This document shows, in pieces, positions 49,223 to 61,260 of a stretch of 64,000 bases of DNA (positions are counted from its first letter, which is position 1; every line of letters begins with the position of its first letter). The stretch spans positions 76,012,001 through 76,076,000 of the forward strand of contig OZ038379.1 of assembly GCA_964036045.1 (NCBI GenBank). Reading direction: 5' to 3'. This DNA comes from Eutreptiella sp. 'Long Island Sound 2002'. Its lineage: Eukaryota; Protista; Euglenida. The translations under genes were made by a program, and so were the position numbers. The notes under the pieces are model-generated. The model was not told the origin of the DNA. It saw nothing but the letters and a program-made list of their open reading frames with translations, and did not search any database.

Positions 49223-49755
49223 TCACCTCGCAGAGGTTGTTAGATCAAAGCCAGGCAGGCGAATCTAGGGGAAAACGCCACGTACCCCCCATTTTGGGCT
49301 TTTTTGGGCCTATTCGCGTACCCTACCCCAAGACTTGAATTGTTAGTTCAACCCGTTGTAAAATCATTATTTTGTCCAATAAACACACCCCCCAATGAGT
49401 TTTTGGTCCGGGACCCCCTGCCCCCCCCCCCCCCCACTTGAAACCCACTTTTTTTGAGGTTTGGAGGGGGAGGGTGGGGTGGGGGGCTGGGGTGGCGTCG
49501 AAGAACGACCCCCCCCCCTTTTTTTGGTCGAAAATCATGAATCTTTTGGTTTTTTTTCGATTTTGAGCCGGAAAACTGTTTCCGGGTCCCGATTCCATGG
49601 CGTTTGTATAGGGCGGAGTGGGACGAACGCTCATGCAGTTTATGCTTTTTTTAGCCATTTTTGCTATGTTGGCGGTTTTGGCGACCTTGGTGACCCCGTG
49701 GTACCCAATCTGAGGGGTGTGAGTGGGGATGTTGTGACAGTATATGCCCGCTAGG
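49223..49755 (+). repeat. Repeat R1, plus copy (partial copy also at 48757-48880)
   Basis: TCACCTCGCAGAGGTTGTTAGATCAAAGCC...TATATGCCCGCTAGG. Confidence 0.85.
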
Positions 49756-50203
49756 AAACGGAAGGACGTTTTTTGCCGTCCCTAGCCCTGCTGAAAGCCG
49801 GTGACAACCCGTGCCAAAGACGCGAAGTGACTGTTTCCACCACTAATGGCGTAGTGAATACGCCGGCGCACAACTTGCTTATGCAGCTTTTCACCCTAGA
49901 CAGCTCAAAAATCGAAGTCTTCGAAACTTGTTTTGATGGTATTGTGTGATCACCCAAAACGACCATCCAAGGTTTGTAAAGCATGTTTTAAGCCGTATTT
50001 ACGTGTTTTTCACCCTATTTGTGTATTGGGCGCACGGGGGGCGTGTCTCCCAAGGGATGGGTACACAACCTGCTTCTGCAGTTTTTCACCCTAGGCAGCT
50101 CAAAAATCCAAGTTTTCGAAGCTTGTTTTTTTGATACCATGATCACCTAAAATGACCATCCAAGCTATATAGAGCATGTTTCACGCCATTTTTACGTGTT
50201 TTT

Positions 50204-50960
50204 CATGCGAGCCGCGAGGACCGCCAAGTACATGCCATATAGGCGGTACGGGAACTCGTCGAGGAGGTCCCGGCCCACCCCCTGTGCCAGCCGGAGGGGG
50301 AAAAGGCCCGCTTTCCGCGGGAAGGAGGGCCACGGGGATCAGCCGGGCCATGGCGACTCCCTGTTCCCGGAGCACATGCGCCCACGGCCCCGCGACCCCT
50401 ACCCGTGGGACGCCTTCGTTGGCCCCCTACCGGGGGACACCGTCCGCCACCAGCAGCGGCTGCTGCCGGGGGTGCCGGCGGACTGGAGGTGGCCCTAGGA
50501 CTTCATCCACGACCTGATCAGGTGGGCCCGGGCGCTACCGTGGATGCCGGAGCCGGCGGAGGTCTCTTGGGCTAAAATGGCCCTGGACAATGAAGCCTTC
50601 GTGGGGCGGGCGCACCCGGCCTCTCTGGACCACCGGCTGCGGGGCACGCGCCTGCCACCGGGGGAGCGAGGCCAAGTGCTGCGCAAGGTGGTGGGTCTGG
50701 CGGAGCGTCACCTGGCGGCGGGCGCACTGCTGGGTGGGGCCGCACTGGGGCGCTGCCGCTCGCTCCTCCCTTTGGGGGCCGCGTATGCGCGGGGCTTTCG
50801 GCTCGCCCGTACTTCGCGGCGTGCCGCGAAGTCATGCTGCACGAGATGCGCTTGGCGGCCACAGCAGAGTGACCACTTCCTCATGAATTATTTCCTCCGC
50901 CCCCTCGAGGGGGGGCCTCCCCTGCTCCCGTATGCCCGGCGGCCGCCGCGGGCACCGGGC
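50204..50960 (+). mobile_element. Second, 5'-truncated copy of the same LINE family with a 5' inversion
   Basis: 50204-50318 is the reverse complement of a diverged homolog of 48321-48435. From about 50327 the + strand continues the homology with 48443 onward (GHGDQPGHGDSLFP). Confidence 0.8.
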
Positions 50961-51879
50961 CCAGCATCCCGCTCGCGGCGCCGCAGCGCAGCCGCCCTCC
51001 CGGAGCGGGTAGCGGCACGCATGACGCGCTCTGCTTGGAGCATGGGGCGCCGTCGTGTCTCCAGTGCAAGAGCTTGGGCTGGGGCATCAGCCGCTGCTGC
51101 CAAGCTGGCCATGACGGCCACGCTGGCCATTTGGGGGGCCCGGGCTGCCCCATAGCCCCGCCCCGGGTCGCGCCGGGTCGCCAGGTGCTCGTCCCCGAGG
51201 CCTGACGCGCGGGGCCGGCCGCGCTGTCCTCGTGGCTTGGACGGGCCCGCCTGGCCTCCAGGCCCTCCCGGACTCAAGCCTTCCGGCCACCCGCCAATGC
51301 ATGGCCCTGCCTAGGGTGGTGGGCACTCGCCCTTCCCCCGCCCTGGGGCCCGACGCCCCCAGGCCCGCGAAGCGGTAGGCGCCTAACCGGGCTAACCGGG
51401 GGGACCCGGGGGGGGATGGGTGGGTCATCGAACGACGGGTTGGGGGGGCAGGAGACCCCCTATCACCCCAGCTAGCGGGGGGGGGGGGGGGCGACAGCCC
51501 GAGGCCGATCTCCTCATCCTCCGCCGCCAGCGCGGAGGCCATAGGGGCGCTAACGGGTGGGGGGGCAGCAGACCCCCTCTCGCCCCAGCCAGCGGGGGGG
51601 GGGGGGGGCGAGGTCTGAGGCCGGTTCCCTCGTCCTCCTCCGCCAGCATGGGGGCTTCGGTGGCGCCGGCGGCGCGGCAGGACCCCCCCCCCCCCAGCAG
51701 AGCGATCCCGCCCATCGCTCCCGGATGTTTCCAGCCGCATCTTAGCGGCCTTGAGCAGCCACGCTCAGCCGCGGCGACGATCCCCCCCACGGGTTCGACG
51801 GCGGCCTCGGGCAAAGGCCACCAGGTCGGTAGCGGACATGCTACGCGCGCCCGCCCTCATGTTTTGGTGTTGAACCATA

Positions 51880-52140
51880 TCCAAGGCACGAATTGGGACA
51901 CTGCTACCTCCGGCAAACATCAGACTAAAAATTCAAAATTTTTAGTACACCAGTAGAGGCCAACAGGGGCAAGAATTGAGACACTGCAACCTATGGCAAG
52001 CATCATACTTAAAATTTGAAATGCCAAGCACGGGAGCGGAGGCCAATAGGGGCCAAAATCGGGACACTCGGACCTACGGCAAGCATCGACTAAGAACCTG
52101 AACTTCTTGGTGCACCAACAAAAATTGGGACACTAGTACT
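51880..52140. repeat. Degenerate tandem repeat, unit about 80 bp, 3 to 4 copies
   Basis: AAT(T/C)G(G/A)GACACT...ACCT..GGCAA(A/G)CATC recurs near 51891, 51972 and 52056, with a partial copy at 52125. Confidence 0.7.
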
Positions 52141-55100
52141 TTTGACACCTATGCAATCTATTAGATTCCATCCATGGAAGAAACGGCACCGAGGCAAAGT
52201 TCAGAAAACGCTAAACAAATGTGTCCAAGCCTTGCAGCACCCATTTAGAGTGCATCAGGAAATATGCGTCGCCGCCAGGGGTCAGGACGACATCCCTCAC
52301 AAGGGTTTGTGACGAGAGGCAAGGGAAACGTCATGTTGGCCACCCATCCGCCCCCCAACCTATCCTCAAATACCAGTGTTGTCACCAAATAATCGCCCAA
52401 ACCCATCTCAGAAACTGTAGCGCAAAAGACTGTGCCAGGGATGGACAAACGGCCAAGCTCGCACCGGCCATGCGCGAACAAGGCCCTGCCCACACATATC
52501 CTACAGACGAACTAGACGCACTCCCATACCAACACCCTAATGCACGGGCTTTCGCAGCACGCAACAGATGTCAGCGGGGCATAGTAACATACGTGTGCAT
52601 AGGTGAGGGAACCCCCTTACCCATACCGCCAATGATCTTGTGCCAGCCTTTATAAGCCTGTAACGACTAGGATTGTGTATAGCGATTTAGTCGGCTATCA
52701 GACACGAGACATTAGACTTTTATGGACCACCATTACCCAACCATGAACCCCCCCTTCCCCAAACCCCTTGATTATGCACTACATCAGACCCCCCCCCCTC
52801 CCCGCCCCTGTCCACATGAAACATCTTCATTGGAAAAAGCCCCCCCCCCCAATGGGGACCCCCCCCCGTGACCCACCGATCCATCCCCTCACTCTTGGGT
52901 GCTTTCAAGCAGCCCCCCCCCCCAAGGAAAAAGTTGTCATGGAAAACACACAACCCCCCCGAAAACAATTGACATGGAAGATATGAACCCCCCCCCTTTT
53001 CTCCATGTGGGCAATCTACTTTAGCACATATTTATGCTCTGTCTATTATTGTTAGGGTTGCCAATTTGGTGGCCATGACCTTTTTAATGCTTCTGAAGTT
53101 CCGTGCTTGCATTCTCAGCTGTGACGGCGTGACTATAGGTGGTGTGTAGGTGTCATGTACTCACCCACTCGCCATTGTTTGCATGTTGTCCTTTTTCCTA
53201 CCCCTTCAGTGATGATGTAATTCATTTGTGCACCCTCACATATTGCACAATTGCACAGCACGGAATCGTTTTTCCCTAGGAGTTCTTAGATCCGTAGATG
53301 CAGTGCTTGGCATGTTGTTTCCGAAATCCTTAGGCCAGTCGGGCGTATTGCTGGGAACATCGCCGTCGAGTGGTCCAGCCGATCTCCCGTCAGCCTGGGC
53401 GTCCCGGAACTGTGCCCGCCGAAATTGGTCGGAAAAACGCTTCCGATGTTGGGGAGCTGCGCTGCTGATGATTGCCTCCGTTTTGGGAAGCAGTGCCTCG
53501 GCTGGCTGGTTGCCATCCTAGCACTGCTTCCAGACTCGGGCCGGGAAAACGCTTCCGATGTTCGGGAGCAGCCCTCCCGATGCTTGCCTCCGTTTTGGGA
53601 AGCAGTGCCTCCGAACATTGCTTCCGATGTTCGCAACCACTGCTTCCGATGGCGGGTTGCCGTCATACTCAGCACTGCTTCCACAATGCTTTGGGCAATG
53701 GCATGGACCAACCAGGACGTCTGCATCCCAAAAACCTGCCTTAATCCGATGGGATTTGACAAAAAGTTGTGAACCGAATGAGGACACTGCCAACCAGATC
53801 AGTGCCCGCAAAATAGGTGAGTTGGTTATTGCAGGACACCATGGCCACAGAAAATGAAGGTACTTTGTTCCGACCGGCATGCCCCGTTTTTCGAAAGCAA
53901 TTGCTCATGCTCGTGCACGGGGGTTTCTATCTCCTGCTTGGGTCCAAATTGAAAACACAGTGAAAACATGATACTGGCGCCCCTCCCCCCCAACCCCCAA
54001 AGGTGGTGACGCACGATGTACTGCCACTTGCTGCATGGCAGCTTTTTTTTCTTTCTTTGGCAGGCCACCGCACTCACCCCCACCCTTTCCCCTGAAATTG
54101 GAATCCGTGGAGTCCCGGCGGTGCCACTAACCCGTGGGATGCCAATGGGGATGAGCGATGCACGGATTCAAGTGGCTTGTCCGGGGCATGGTTGATAGTC
54201 TCGTTTTCGTGGAAAAAAAACGAACTATGTGATCTAATTTCTGGGGGATCTACTATCTTGTGTGTGTTTGTTAGCGGACAGTGCATAATCACGTGAACTA
54301 GTTTGATTGCCGTGAGAACGCCTACACGGCGACCAAGGTACCCATATAACAAGCACATTTTGATGCAATGAGAAAGCCTACATGGCAACAAAGGCACATA
54401 TGGAGCAAGTGAACTCAACGAGTGGACAATGGTGACAAATGGGCACAAATAATAACCAAATAAACTCTTCTTGAACACGAACTTCCACTACCTAAAATGA
54501 CTACGGTAAAGCATGCTTGCAACGTGCAAACACCCATGCAATGGCTACAAAAAAAGTGACTGGGCGTCTAAAAAGTGGCACAAAATGATAGCTAGCAACA
54601 GCATGGTCAAATAAACATTGGTGTTCCCTCATCGGACAAAGTCAACTAGCTTGATTGCCGTGGGGAGGTGTGTGTCCTTCGGCAGCAGACCCCCCCCCCC
54701 CCCCCGACGATCAAGGTTTCATCTCATGAGCAGAGAGAACGGCTGAGAGGGGGGGTGGCAGAGGGCAAAGGGCACGAGAATGCCAAGATCAGCACCCATA
54801 GTTTGGCCCGCACCGGACGCCGTGAGGCCGATGCCAATAGGGGCCGCCAGCACCGGACTCTTGATCTGTGAAAGGAACCCTCAGCTGGCCCTTCCCCCCC
54901 CTTTTCCGCGCTTCACTTGGGCGCGAGCGGAAAAGAACCACGTGCCTTGGTAATGCCTTGGTAACATGGTGGTGGTGGTGAGCGGTGGTCGTGAAACGCA
55001 ACTACAACACGCAGGTCAGCGCACGAGAATGCACCTGCAAGCATGTGTGTTGGGGGGGGGGGCGCAAGAAAATCGCGGTATCACTAGGGGGGGTACGGCC

Positions 55101-57036
55101 CGAAAAAAAAATTCCACCCCTATGTGTAAAAAAGTTTCGCAACCCTACTTTTTTTGATATGAAGAACGCCACACTGACCACCTCTTGGAACCCTGGTGGC
55201 TATTTCATATTGTGTAGGTGTAGGCTACATAATGCTTTGAGGTCTCCAAACATTCCCCATTTCGGTCGTACAAATTTGGTAGCCCTACATATCCCTGTCG
55301 GCCCAAAGTTCGGCCACCACCAGCGAGGGTGCTGGCTATGGGGCCCCAAGAGTTTCGGCTCGGGTAAAATTGGTCAAAATGACCCGGAATAGTAGCAATA
55401 GCACAAATAGCAAACTAGGTGTGGCATAGGTGAGGGTTGGGGAACCCTCCTTTGCATGCCATACTACTTCATACCGTTCCCTTGTTGCGGCTTTTTTTTA
55501 CGACCCCAGCTGAATTGGCAACGTTTCAACTAGTTTTGTGCACAAGCAATGTTGAACCCCAATTTGGGCCTATTGGACATTGGTGGGGTGCAATGTAGTG
55601 GCATTGACAACTTTTTCCCTCAGAAGCAAAACCAATGGTCACCAGTAGAAGCATTATAAGCCTTGTGGTATTCTTGCCCATTGTTGCTAGACCGCACTAT
55701 TTGCGCACAAAAAGCCGAAGAAATACTTGGGGGCATGGGTGCTTGCAACGTAGGTGGCGCAAGTGGTTGTTTTTGCACTACCCCCAGGGTGCGCCACAGT
55801 TCATGCACATGAGAAGGAGTGCGATGATATGTGCAGATTGTAGCATGGGTGTAATCACTGCACAATGTTGAGTAAGCTTCTGGCGGATGTCTTGAACACT
55901 ACCACGGCCAAGTGTGCCCTTGGCAACTGTGCCTAGCAAAATTTTGGCCCTGAGTTTACGTGTCCACACTCGGCACGCTTGGGCTTCATTGGGTGAAGTG
56001 GCAGTTCGTGCCAAACCATCAGGAAGTAGCATAATGTCAACGAGCTCCGCAACAGTGGAAAACTCGGTGTAGAGTGCACAACCACTTGGAGCCCGAGGAG
56101 ATCCTTGTAAATCAACATAAAACCATCGGTCATTCCTGCTCCCCACACCAATCAAGAAACCCTTGTACTCCATCAAAAAGTACAAGCGCGCAGTTGGTGA
56201 AGGAGGGGTGGTTGCAAGGCGGAGGACAGTTTCCTTGGCTTCAATTCTGTGTCTTCAAAGGAGGTGAAATCCAACAACTTGAGGACTTGGAATGACGTAT
56301 AGGTGCAACTAGCACGCAACCCGCCACCGCGTGTGATCCAAGTGGTTTCTGCCCCAATGGCGACACAAATGGCCTCAAGAAGGGTGTACCCCATGACCGG
56401 CATCGATGTTGAGGACAATGCCGTTGTCAATAACGTTGTAGAACTCCTATATGAGGTAGTTGCACCCAGCTAGGCAGTAACACCTTTGAGCAACATTGCA
56501 AGACCAGCCAGCATCACCTGCGCCTCATGCAAGAAAATCGCACCCCTCAACCACGGGAACGCACATTGTTGACTCTTTTTTCCGGCAAAACAATCCAGGG
56601 GGAATCCCGACCTGCAATCTACTCCTACCATGCCAACGGCGACAACCACCCCAATGACCGAGCAATCCGTTGTGCCTGTGGAATTGCCACTCCCACCCCC
56701 ACCACCTTGTCCAAAAGTGCTGCCGTTTGGAATCAAAGATGCAAACCATTTACGGCAGGCATATCCACCACTACGCCACGGACATGAGAAGGCCGCACAA
56801 CGTCTGGTTGATGTGCTTGGAATTGGGAGATCCGCCGTGTACAGGTGAAGGATCCTATGATTCCATGGGGTGCATTGTACCATGTTCCCCATGTGCTAGT
56901 GTGAGGGGAAGTGTCGTGCTGCATCGTTGGATGGTTGAGGCTAGACAAAGGTGTATAGCATTGGAAATTCGGCTTCGAGGCTTTGTGAATCCGGGCCGAT
57001 GGTCACCGCCGTGAAAAGAGGACCGTCGGTCAAAAA

Positions 57037-57940
57037 TTGGCTCGTAGCATTCATCAATGCCAACAGTTGATGATCAGATGTGCACAATCGCAAGCATTGA
57101 TCCTTGCAGTTGCCGACGACGATCAGCCGTTGCTGCAAAGGCGCTTGGCTCGGCTCATTGGTGGTGGACATTCCCCTTCGGCTATTATGGCAGACATGTC
57201 TGAGGCATTCAAAATCAGAATGTATACCGAGAAAGAGAAGGCTATTGCCGGATTAGCCGCTCTTGGTGTGGGGTGTGTGTGAATTTTTGAAAGTTGCCAA
57301 CCGCGGCGGCATCTTACCATCGTATGACACGGCCGTGGTGGACATGAAGTTTGAAAAGCCGTTGCGTGCGGGGATCGCCCTTACAAGGACATTCATTCTA
57401 AAGCGTCTCCCCAACCATCTTCATCCGCTCTTATGGGATCTCTTTGTGGACGAGATTTCTTTGCAACCTCAGATTGGGGTGGTGAAATCGGGCCATGCGA
57501 CCGGTACATGTAGAATGTGCACCCCGAGGGAGCATCGCTTGGTTGACCAAGAAACGGTGGATGAACTGGCTAACTTGCATCAAGACTGTAACACCAATGT
57601 CCATTTCGCTGAGTATGCCACGGCGTGGTCGGTTGCTGCCCACCATGGTTCCCTCTACCGCCCAATCGCGCTTTGGGTAGTTCCCACTTGCAACCGCTTC
57701 ACATCCGACGACATGGCTCAACAACATAGGCAACTTGTGACTACATTTCGTGGAGTATTCAAGTCATCACGCCCACGTGATGCCATGGCGTTGATAGCCA
57801 TTGACGGCGATGGTTGCCGCAGCCGTGCCTTGGATGAGAGCTTGAAACATGGAAGAGGATGCATGCCAGCAACAGGCGTTGCGCCTAGGCGACCAAGACG
57901 CCGAGCAAGCTATGGCAACCCAAGACATAGCAGATACTGA
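57037..57940 (+). pseudogene. Second DDE transposase-like relic (frameshifted near 57270)
   Basis: ORFs 57037..57282 and 57263..57940. WDLFVDEISL (Asp), GTCRMC...H, YRPIALWVVPTC and ALIAIDGDGCRSRAL (Asp) fit the first two catalytic strands of an RNase H-fold transposase. Confidence 0.6.
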
Positions 57941-58245
57941 ATGTGATCCACGCAGCGGATCAGAGCCCTCAAATTTTGATGAAGAGAAAGTGGACAGTAG
58001 TTCGGGTGCCTCTGATGCCTGAAATTTCTACTCCACCAACTCAAACTCCAGCACATCCTCTTCATCTAGCTCCTCATCTAGCTCTAGTGCTGCAACTGTA
58101 CATGCTAGTACCTCAACGAAAAAGTGCACCACAAAGAAGGCCTACTCCGCTAAACGTAAGCTTTCCGTTGAAGATACAGCTCAAAAGAAGACAAAGGCCA
58201 TGTAATTTGGAAGGGATTCCCACTAAACTCTTGTGAGCTAATTTG

Positions 58246-58382
58246 GATCTCCCTTGTGTGAATTGGCTTTGATCTCCGTTGTGTGAACCGGCTTTAGATC
58301 TCCATTGTGTGAACCGGCTTTGATCTCCGTTGTGTGAACCTGCTTTGGATCATCTCCATTGTGTGAACCGGCTTTAATCTCC
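58246..58382. repeat. About 25-bp tandem repeat (GATCTCCRTTGTGTGAACCGGCTTT), 5 copies
   Basis: Head-to-tail copies with no spacers. Confidence 0.9.
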
Positions 58383-60538
58383 AAGGCAGGTCATGGTGGG
58401 GCAGGTGCCATACCTTGGCACCCCGGCTATGGCGTGTCCATGGTTTGATGATGTGAAGTGAAACGGCCGGGTGGAAAGATTGGCGTCATGGGGTCCATAA
58501 CGGACATGGGGCAACCGCTGAACAGCTAGGATGAGCCATCCGAACCACGCGGGGTCCATGAGCTAGCACTGTGGACATGTACACAGTGGCAAGGAAACCA
58601 GAACGGCCGGGTGGGAAGATTGACATTGTGGGGTCCACAGTAGACTTGGGGCACCTACTGAACGGCCATGACGGGCGATTGTACCCACGCAGGGTCCACC
58701 GGTTGCTTGCCCGGGTTCTCGCCCCATGCACTGTGCATGGGGACTCTTACCGCCAACAAGAGGCCAGGGTGGGGTGCTGCGACACAATGCGTAACCGGGA
58801 GTACTCAACAGCCTTTGTGCCCTTAAACATAAATACCACCCGTGTCGGCAATGCACGTTGTTTGCTGGTTCCTGGCATTGTGCTGCAAAGCATGCCATGG
58901 AGAAGGCCACCGACGGCTACATGTCGCAAATGGCATGTTGGACATGGGCTAGTACCCCGAATAGCCAAGCAAAGGAATGCCAACAAGTGCCAAAGGCATG
59001 TTATGCGGTAGGAACACCGCAATTATGTGTGGTACGTGCGACATGGGAAGAAGTTTTTTTTGTAGGACCCTTTTTTTTCACCCCCCCTTAGGGCCCTAGG
59101 GGGGTCAGCCCCGAAAAAAAATATCCCACCTGGTATCAAAAAAATCCCCCCCCCCCCCTTGGCATGTGTGTATCTCGGGTATTCAGCTAAGAACGCCAGA
59201 GCCCGTGTACCACACACACAGTAGGCGGGTTACAGAACACCAAACAGAGGACATCCTAACCAGTGACTCAATAGGGAGACAACCAAGTCACATTTTGGTT
59301 GAATTCCAAGCGATTGTGTGAATGAATCTTGACGGCAAGAAAAATCGCTAGCGGGGGTGATGCGGGGCCTCGTGGCCACCTTGAGCTTGGGCTACAATCA
59401 CTAGCCCATTTGAAGTGATCGCCATCCGGGCCCATATGGGCGCCCTAACCTATTGGTGCAAAGTGCCATTCGGAGATCCCAAGGGGTTATGGTTGGGCCA
59501 GCAGATGGATGTGAGGGATGTATGGTCCCCACGCTGAGGACCATGCTAGCCCAGGCCATGTACCCCCGAAAGCCCCACGATTGCTGTTGTTTTGGCATTT
59601 TTGTGGCTCTTAAGATTTTATGAAGATTCTACTTCTTCCGGCCCTAGGATGGGTTTGGGTGATCATTTGATGACAATACGGCAGGTTGAGCACCCATGGG
59701 GACCCATGGAGTTGCCGCTCGGTCCATGTAGCCCGCGCCATGGGCCCCTCCAAAAGCCCTGAAATGCTATTGTGTGGGTAGTTTAGTGGTACTTGGCCAT
59801 CTTGGAAAATCCGGCGTTTTCCGAAACCCTTTTGTTGGTGCTGGGGTGGGGCTCCATGATCATTTGGTGACAATAATGGGTGCTCGAATACCCATGGGGA
59901 GCCATGTAGTGGCCGCTAGGCCCATGTAGCCCGAGCCATGGGCCTTGCAAAATCCCTGAAATTGCTATTGTGTAAGTAGTATAGTGGCACTTAACAATGT
60001 TCCGCACGTTCGACTTTTCCTGAAACCGTTCTGTTGCCCCTAGGATGGAAGTTTGGGTGATCACTTGGTGACATTACCAGTTTCTGAGCACCCATGGGGA
60101 CCCAAGTAGTGGCCGGTGGGCCCATGTACACTGAGACGTGGGCCCCCCGAAAACCCCGAAATTGCTGGCATTTGAGGCTGACAACTGGCAACTGGTGAAA
60201 ATTCAGCATTTTTTGAAATCCTTACGTCTCCCGTGGGGTGCGTTTGGGTGATACTTTGGTGGCCAGACCCCCCCCCCCTCCCTCCCCAAAGGATGTGGGT
60301 CTACCCCACACTGCCTCCCCCTTCAGCAGGGGGTATGGAGCCACCAACCCCGATGGCCCATGCTTGTGCATACGAATACGAGGGGCAAAAATCACTTGTT
60401 AGAGCATCCCTGTTCGTCCGGGAACAACTTTCAAAAAATTGTTTTCGACCACTTTTTGACCCACCCCTGGTAACCTTCTGTTAGCAGGTGTCAGCACGCC
60501 ACTGTGCGGTGCCGGTAAAGCATTGAAGGGGGTTGGTG

Positions 60539-61013
60539 CAGGGGGGGGGGAATTATGCACGTGCATAATTGTGCATTATTTTGCATAATTCACAATTGGG
60601 CCAAATTGCATAATCGTGCATAATTGTGCATAATTGTGCATAATGGTCTGCTCCACTCTTGTCCAATGCAGTTTGTTGTTGTGTTTATCATGGACAATTT
60701 TGTCCAGCAAAATGCACCTGCACATGCTTCCACTGCTGAAGATGTTTTGCCGGACGATGAAAGTCTTCCACCGTCTGAAAATGAGGGAGAGCAAGGTGAT
60801 TTTCTGACCAAAATAGGCATGAATGGCTGCTGCAGATTTCACTGTGCTGTCTGTTTGTGGGGGATCGCAATCCCAGGTTCCCTCTTGTTTGCAATCCCTG
60901 TGTGTCTTCGTTGCAATGCAGCCTGCATAGTCGTGCATAATTTTGCATAATTGTGCATAATTGTGCATTGCATAATCCAAGGCCCCTGCGTGCATAAAAT
61001 CCCCCCCCCCCTG
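60539..61013. mobile_element. Non-autonomous TIR element (475 bp) with CAG(G)n termini, 7-bp TSD and subterminal TGCATAATTG repeats
   Basis: Left end CAGGGGGGGGGGAATTATGCACG, right end CGTGCATAAAATCCCCCCCCCCCTG. TSD GTTGGTG at 60532-60538 and 61014-61020. Confidence 0.85.
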
Positions 61014-61260
61014 GTTGGTGGTGCGCAAAGGGCCAGGTGCACGCCATAGTGTATTTCATTGGGAGAGACAATGGTACCCTACCCTCATGCCAACAGTTCT
61101 CCAATGATTCGGTTTGGTGGCATGGGGCAAAGGGATTGAGCAACTGGGACTCTTGCCGAAAGGACCGCGCCACGTAAGTGCTCCCACGTACACTGTCTTT
61201 TGCTCCTCTGGTGGCTTTGTGTGTTTTGTGTTCTGTCATGCGACATCTGTCTGCCCACAG

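Noticed and set aside
53340-53740. ORFs over a degenerate GCTTCCGATGTT repeat
   Set aside because: Low-complexity degenerate minisatellite; overlapping ORFs in several frames with no protein signature.
58246-58382. CRISPR-like 25-bp repeats
   Set aside because: Head-to-tail copies with no unique spacers; a minisatellite.
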